Assembly: GCA_002010065.2 (NCBI GenBank) | Contig: MTMD02000002.1 | Span: 352,001-416,000 of the forward strand | Length of the DNA: 64,000 bases | From: Candidatus Pyrohabitans jungbluthii | Lineage (GTDB): Archaea > Hydrothermarchaeota > Hydrothermarchaeia > Hydrothermarchaeales > BMS3B | Direction: 5' to 3' | Part shown: positions 59,003 through 64,000 of the stretch, piece by piece | How the letters are laid out: each line of letters opens with the position of its first letter | Position numbering within the stretch: the stretch's first letter is position 1 | Translations under genes and position numbers: made by a program | Notes under the pieces: model-generated | What the model was told of the DNA's origin: nothing | Seen by the model: the letters and a program-made list of their open reading frames with translations, nothing else | Database searches by the model: none

Positions 59003-60582
59003 CTAAGACTTAGCCCATTCCGTTGCATAATCAATCCCTTTATCAACGGCATAACTTGCCACTACAACTAATGCTACTGCTGGTAAACTGGATGCAGTTA
59101 TACCTGCCAAAACTGCAATTGCTCCTATTTTTGCAACGCCTGCAGCAATATCAATAGCTGCATTTCTCTTATTTCCTTCTTCAAGGTCCTTTTTTACCTT
59201 TACATATGTGTCATGTATAACTAACCCAGCAGCCAATAATCCAAGTCCTCTCTTTACCCACTTAGCTTTACTGGTGAACGACTCCAGGGACTTTGCTTCG
59301 CTGTATGCCGCCTTAGCTGCGCGGCTGCTTTCTTTAAACTTGGCAAGGTATTCCCTGCCCTTAGGTGTATCTCCATACCTGTTTGCCCACTTCTTGTATG
59401 CTCCTGCCCTACCCCTCTCGGAGAGGTATTCCTTCTTCTTTGCTATCGACTGAGAGTTAGACCTGAACTCTGCAGTAGAGACCATGAAGTCTGCAACACC
59501 CATGCCCAGCTCGTAGTCAGGCGAGGAGGTGTCGATAACCCTGTTGCCGTACCTGCTCAGCCTCCGCTTTAGCGCATCGCCATCGCTTGCCTGGTAGTTC
59601 CTCACGTAGTTTTCTACGCTGTTTGGCTGCCTGGACTCGTAGTACTCCTTCTGGGAGTACGTCTCCCCGCTGCCGCCGTGTATCACATTCCCCAGGTCGT
59701 CGCCGATCATCCAGGCGTTGGCGCCAGTGGTCGGGTCTATAACGAGCCAGCCAACGCCGGTCCAGTTGCCTATAACTAAAGAGCGAGCGGGGACCAAAAC
59801 CTCAAGCCCCTGGTTTACGGCGTTGCGGATCGCCTCTCTGGCGGTAGCAGGTATCTCAAGGGTTTCGATTTTATCGGCGTTGGCAGAGGTGATGCGGTAA
59901 ATCGGCACTCCACCCCTTGCTGCTATCTCGAAGATGTTTACGGTGGAAACGCCTGAGGCGTTGTAGAAGTACTCGAAGGCCTGCTTTTCCCACGATGAAG
60001 AGATACCGCCAGCCATGAGGGCGAAGGCTCTTCTTAAGTCTTTATCGCCCTGGAGGGAGAGCACATTCCTCGCCACGTCGATGTGCGCAAAGCTCGGCTC
60101 TATAGCTGTGGGTATGCTCCCGGCATAGGCGGTTTCAAATTTGTAGCCGAAGACCGCCACCGCCGGCGAGGAGCGCCACCACCTGACGCCCATGCTCTCT
60201 GCGAGCATCTGGTAGTTAAGGTCGCTCATGGAGAAGTAGGTAAGGGCATTTAGGGCAAGGTAGCCACCATAGCTCCTGTCAAGGAGCATGTCACCCAAAT
60301 CAAAGGCTATGGCATAGTAGTTGCCAACCTGTAGTGGAGAGGTCACCACCTCACGCATGTTGGGCGTGGTGATGGTGATTTGAAGCTCCTGCCTCGTGCC
60401 AAAGTGGAGGCGTTACCTATGGCTATGATTATGGAGTCAAACATGAGGATGGGCCTGAAGTCGAGGAGGTAAGCCGGAAGGTCGGTGAGGGAAGCCTGGG
60501 CGTTGACAAGCTCGGCAATGTCTTCATTGGCAGGGACGTAGTCGAGGGTTAGCTGCTTGCCAACGGTCTCCACTGCGGCCAT
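59003..60582 (-). pseudogene. 5'-truncated, frameshifted cassette: conserved core plus variable tip (putative toxin module 3)
   Basis: ORFs 60343-60582 and 59003-60358 align consecutively to the 61088 ORF (QLTLDYVPAN, VGNYYAI, GVRWWR.SPA, WTGVGWLVIDP, GGSG); frameshift near 60405. Confidence 0.75.
59736..59755. repeat. 20-bp exact direct repeat, copy 1 (copy 2 at 61902-61921)
   Basis: TCTATAACGAGCCAGCCAAC at both positions. Confidence 0.85.
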
Positions 60583-60612
60583 CGAGTATCAGCTCCGCTA
60601 AAGTCAAATGGT

Positions 60613-61095
60613 TCATTCTTCTAGTAATTTCTTTAAAAATCTTCGAGCTAGTAATAGCATAATAGTCCCAAAACCAGATTCAATGATAAGTCTGTCGTTT
60701 TTGCTTCCAATTATATCTCTAAAGAAAATATTAAGTATCACCAAAATAATAAAGCCCCCACCTATAATAACTAAAAGGAAATTTATTATTTTTATAGCAT
60801 TTTTGATACCCTCTTGTCCTTCAGGGCTACTTTTAACTAACGATACGTATTTTTTTGTAAGTCTTGGGAATTGCCTTGGAAAGACGAAATTCAAATATAA
60901 TAACAAAATTATCATAAAAATCAAGAAAATTAAAAGTATATTATCCGCCAATTCACTTTCAAATTTGCCGTGCTTGTAAACCTGGTAATTGTAAATTACA
61001 AGAACTAGTAGCCCAATAGTAGGAATAATCGTATTTAGAAAATCAAATAATGGCTCATATTTTTTCAATATCCTCTCTATTTTTTCCTCATTCAT
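60613..61095 (-). CDS. Four-TM membrane protein, putative immunity protein 2
   Basis: FVFPRQFP motif; start overlaps the stop of the upstream ORF by 8 nt. Confidence 0.65.
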   Translation of the reverse strand: MNEEKIERILKKYEPLFDFLNTIIPTIGLLVLVIYNYQVYKHGKFESELADNILLIFLIFMIILLLYLNFVFPRQFPRLTKKYVSLVKSSPEGQEGIKNAIKIINFLLVIIGGGFIILVILNIFFRDIIGSKNDRLIIESGFGTIMLLLARRFLKKLLEE

Positions 61096-63229
61096 ATCTC
61101 AGTGCTCCATAAATGTCTTTTACACCATCAGCCAGTCCATCAATTATTTTATGTGCAAGATACTCACCTGCAGAAATAGCGGCACCAGCAGCTGGCCCAA
61201 CAGCTTTCCCTACACCTGGTATCTTTTTCACTTTTCTCGCTACCATTATATCTGCATAAAATGCAGCTCCTGTAATAGCTCCTTTAGCAACTCCAGCGCT
61301 AAAATCGACGCCAGCATTGAAATACTTACGTTCTTCTAGGTCAGCTATTACATTATCAGCTGTTTTCTGTGCAATTAAGCCAAGACCTGTGACAGTCAGA
61401 ACTTTATTGAAAACTTTTGCTCCTGTGCTCAACGCACCTTGTGCTCTTGCATTTTTTATTGCTCGGGTAGCTGCTTTTTCAAATTCTATAGCTTTATCTA
61501 TATATTTTTTAAAATCGTCGCCATAACTTCCTGCGATGTCTGCCATCCTTCTGTACTCGATGGCGTTGAGGGTATTGTCCACATAATCTTTAATGCTTGA
61601 GGCGAATCTATAATCCTCCACATAGGACATCGTCTTAAAATATATTCCTCCTCCAAGTAGGACCTCCTCAACAGGCAAATTTATTTGCTGGTCACCTTCG
61701 GGATTTACATCTTTTATCTTTTTGATAGTATTCTCCACTCCTTTTTCTTTCTCCTCTTGAACTCTTTTTTGTTGGTTTTTATTAGATTCGACGGTGCTGA
61801 ATTTTACTGTCTCTTGCCCGTGGTAAATATTTCCACTACCGCCGTTTATTATTGTGCCCAGTTCATCACTGAGCATCCATGCTGATGCTCCTGTAGCTGG
61901 ATCTATAACGAGCCAGCCAACACCTGTCCAGCCGTCACGAGTGATCTGGCGGGAGGGTACATATACTTCATACCCATTATTGACAAAGCTAAAAATTGAC
62001 TCACGTACCTTTTCAGGAAGATCAAGCTGGCTTATGACTTCTATGTTACCTGAGTTGAGATAGTAAATTGGAATTCCATTCTGGTTTGCAATTTCTAAAA
62101 TATTCGCTGTAGAAATTCCAGAGACGTTATAAAATAGCTCAAATATTTTGCTCTCCCAAATTGAAGAAAAACTACCTGCCTGAATAGCAAAAGCAAGTTT
62201 CATATCATTTCTGCCTTGAATTGACAAAATATTTCTAATCACATCAATGTGTGAATATCCTTCTGTTATCGTGGTGGGTATACTAACCACATACTCAATA
62301 TTGAAGGTATGCCCAAAGACTGCTATAGCAGGTGAATTTCTCCACCATCTCACGCCCAAGGCATCTGCGGCAATATCATTGCTGATATCCAACATTCCGA
62401 AGTAGTTGCTTAAGGTGAGGGACATGTAACCACCTATGTTGTGGTCAAGAACCATCGTTCCTCCTTCTATGATGCCTTCGAAGGTTCTATTCCAAAGCCT
62501 TTCTATGTGCTCTGAAGGCATTTTTCCCAGATCAACACCTATAGCGTAGTAATTCCCTACTGTCACCGGAGAAGAAACCACTTCTTTACTATTTGGGGTA
62601 ATTACCGTAATCTGAAGTTCCCCTTCTGCTCCAAACTGAGAAGGTTCACCAACCGCGATTGGAATGGAGTTGAGCATTAAAACAGGCCTAAAGTCGTAGA
62701 GATAGGCAGGGCTTTCATTTAGGAATTCCTGTACATTTGCCAGCTCCGCTATATCGGCATTAGCAGGCACATAATCAAGGGTCAGTTGATTTCCCGCTAA
62801 TATAACGGTGGGAATGTTTATGGAAAGAGTTGTTCTTTGATTTTCAACTACACTGACATTTAAGATGTGAAGGTAGTCGTCCGGAATCTCAGAGTAGCGC
62901 TCAAAGGCAACAAGCGAGTAGGGCAGAGTTCCGGGTATTATATCCGGCTTTACATCCGGCGGCCTGTCAGCGTAGAGTGCCTCTACCTCCTCCTCGGTCA
63001 TGTTCTCCAGCTTGGCACCAACGTTCTCGGCGTACCAAGCGTCGGTGAGGTTCATGAGCTCGCTCACGGCAAGGTCGAGGCCGCTGAAGTTCATGCCTGT
63101 GAAGTAATCCTCGCCGAAGGTGGCGTTCTAAAGGGTTTCGAGGAAGACGCCGGTAAGGTTGTAGTCAATAGCAGCAGCCGGGTAGGGTTTCTTCGGCTTA
63201 TAGGGTACGAAGGCAGGGTCAAGAAGCAT
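61088..63229 (-). pseudogene. 5'-truncated cassette: conserved core plus variable tip (putative toxin module 2), in-frame TAG at 63128-63130
   Basis: 668-aa ORF from 63094 extends in frame to ATG 63229 (MLLDPAFVPY...) across one TAG. Confidence 0.7.
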
Positions 63230-63261
63230 CTTCTTAATCACCTAGTTAGGTATTCTTCTCT

Positions 63262-63311
63262 GTCCATAGTACCCTCCTAATCACCTAATTCGATCACCTG
63301 CTCGTCTTTTT
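63262..63311. repeat. 50-bp direct repeat, copy 1 (copy 2 at 63848-63897)
   Basis: GTCCATAGTACCCTCCTA[A/G]TCACCTAATTC[G/A]ATCACCTGCTCGTCTTTTT, 2 mismatches. Confidence 0.9.
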
Positions 63312-63853
63312 GTATATGAGGCTTGTTCAGCGTCTTCTCTAAAGCCTGCTTTCTTAAACAGGAAATAATCAGCAACTAAAATTACTACTATTAATAGTAG
63401 ACCTACTGAGCGAAGCATATCAGCAGAAACTATCGGCAAACCTTCGGCTAATACTATAAAAAAATTTATTATAGCCACAACTAAGGCAAACGAAATCAAA
63501 AACGCAGTATTTTTTTTATGTTGTCTAAAATTCACACTTTTTTTTCTTTCTTGGACATATAAATAAAACCTCAGTGGATGTTTTTTAGGAAAGAAAAAAT
63601 AAAACCTTATCATGTCAAGAACTCCAATTAATAAAATTATTATTAAAAATTGTAGAAATTCAGGTGGTAAGAAAACTATTTTGCCAAAATGAATATGATA
63701 ATATGCCATAATTATGAAATAACCTGTAACAACTAACCTCCCCAAAAGCTTGTAATTGTAGTAGTTTTCCACCATTTTCTTTGCTTTGGCAAGTTCTTGC
63801 ATGTATTCTTCTTTTGTAACTCCGAATTTTTTCATTATCGCTTTCTCGTCCAT
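63281..63853 (-). CDS. Four-TM membrane protein, putative immunity protein 1
   Basis: FFFPKKHP..FYLY motif; SD GGAGG; follows a toxin-like tip. Confidence 0.65.
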   Translation of the reverse strand: MDEKAIMKKFGVTKEEYMQELAKAKKMVENYYNYKLLGRLVVTGYFIIMAYYHIHFGKIVFLPPEFLQFLIIILLIGVLDMIRFYFFFPKKHPLRFYLYVQERKKSVNFRQHKKNTAFLISFALVVAIINFFIVLAEGLPIVSADMLRSVGLLLIVVILVADYFLFKKAGFREDAEQASYTKRRAGDRIR

Positions 63854-63862
63854 AGTACCCTC

Positions 63863-64000
63863 CTAGTCACCTAATTCAATCACCTGCTCGTCTTTTTCTA
63901 CAGGTGGTTTGTCGAGTCTTGTTTTGATATACTCTGTACCTTTCTTAATAGTTTCATCAATAAATAGACTCGCACCTACTGTTACACCGGTTGCTAAAAA
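63863..64000 (-). CDS. 3' end of putative toxin module 1 (starts outside window)
   Basis: FLATGVTVGASLFIDETIKKGTEYIKTRL...LGD*, resembling VASYAVDKGIDYATEWAK of module 3. Confidence 0.6.
   Translation of the reverse strand, partial: FLATGVTVGASLFIDETIKKGTEYIKTRLDKPPVEKDEQVIELGD

Noticed and set aside
57340-64000. Provirus or transposon interpretation of the terminal island
   Set aside because: No integrase, transposase, capsid or terminal inverted repeats seen; repeated tip/partner pairs fit a cassette array better.
1-64000. tRNA, rRNA, CRISPR arrays, inteins
   Set aside because: None recognised by eye; GyrA, NrdD and PpsA show no intein-sized insertions.

Overview
Archaeal chromosomal window: TFS, Rpo11, Csl4, class III signal-peptide pilins, oapABC and MfnA are present. 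GyrA, NfnAB, MetVF and a two-component kinase suggest an anaerobic euryarchaeote-like lineage such as Hydrothermarchaeota (inference only). Most of it is GC-balanced housekeeping DNA: queC-DUF366-queE-queD, glyS, an EppA-type pilin cluster, gyrA, class III ribonucleotide reductase, the exosome/RNAP superoperon, tgt, argG, ppsA, nfnAB, cysS-like, metVF, mfnA, gdhA, oapABC and nadE, with several small AT-rich islets. The most striking feature is the last 6.7 kb (57340-64000, minus strand). It is an array of four tandem modules, each a variable Gly/Ala-rich hydrophobic C-terminal tip of a large transglutaminase-like-domain protein followed by a small paralogous membrane protein. Truncations, a frameshift, an in-frame stop and junction repeats give it the architecture of an orphan-cassette polymorphic toxin/immunity system. 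Other oddities: a naturally split NrdD whose glycyl-radical tail is a separate gene fused to a thioredoxin-like domain, Rpo11 with an inserted helix-hairpin-helix domain, a bacterial-type Tgt, a CysRS lacking its C-terminal anticodon-binding end, and an apparent ACG start codon for oapC. All calls come from reading motifs by eye; no database searches were run.
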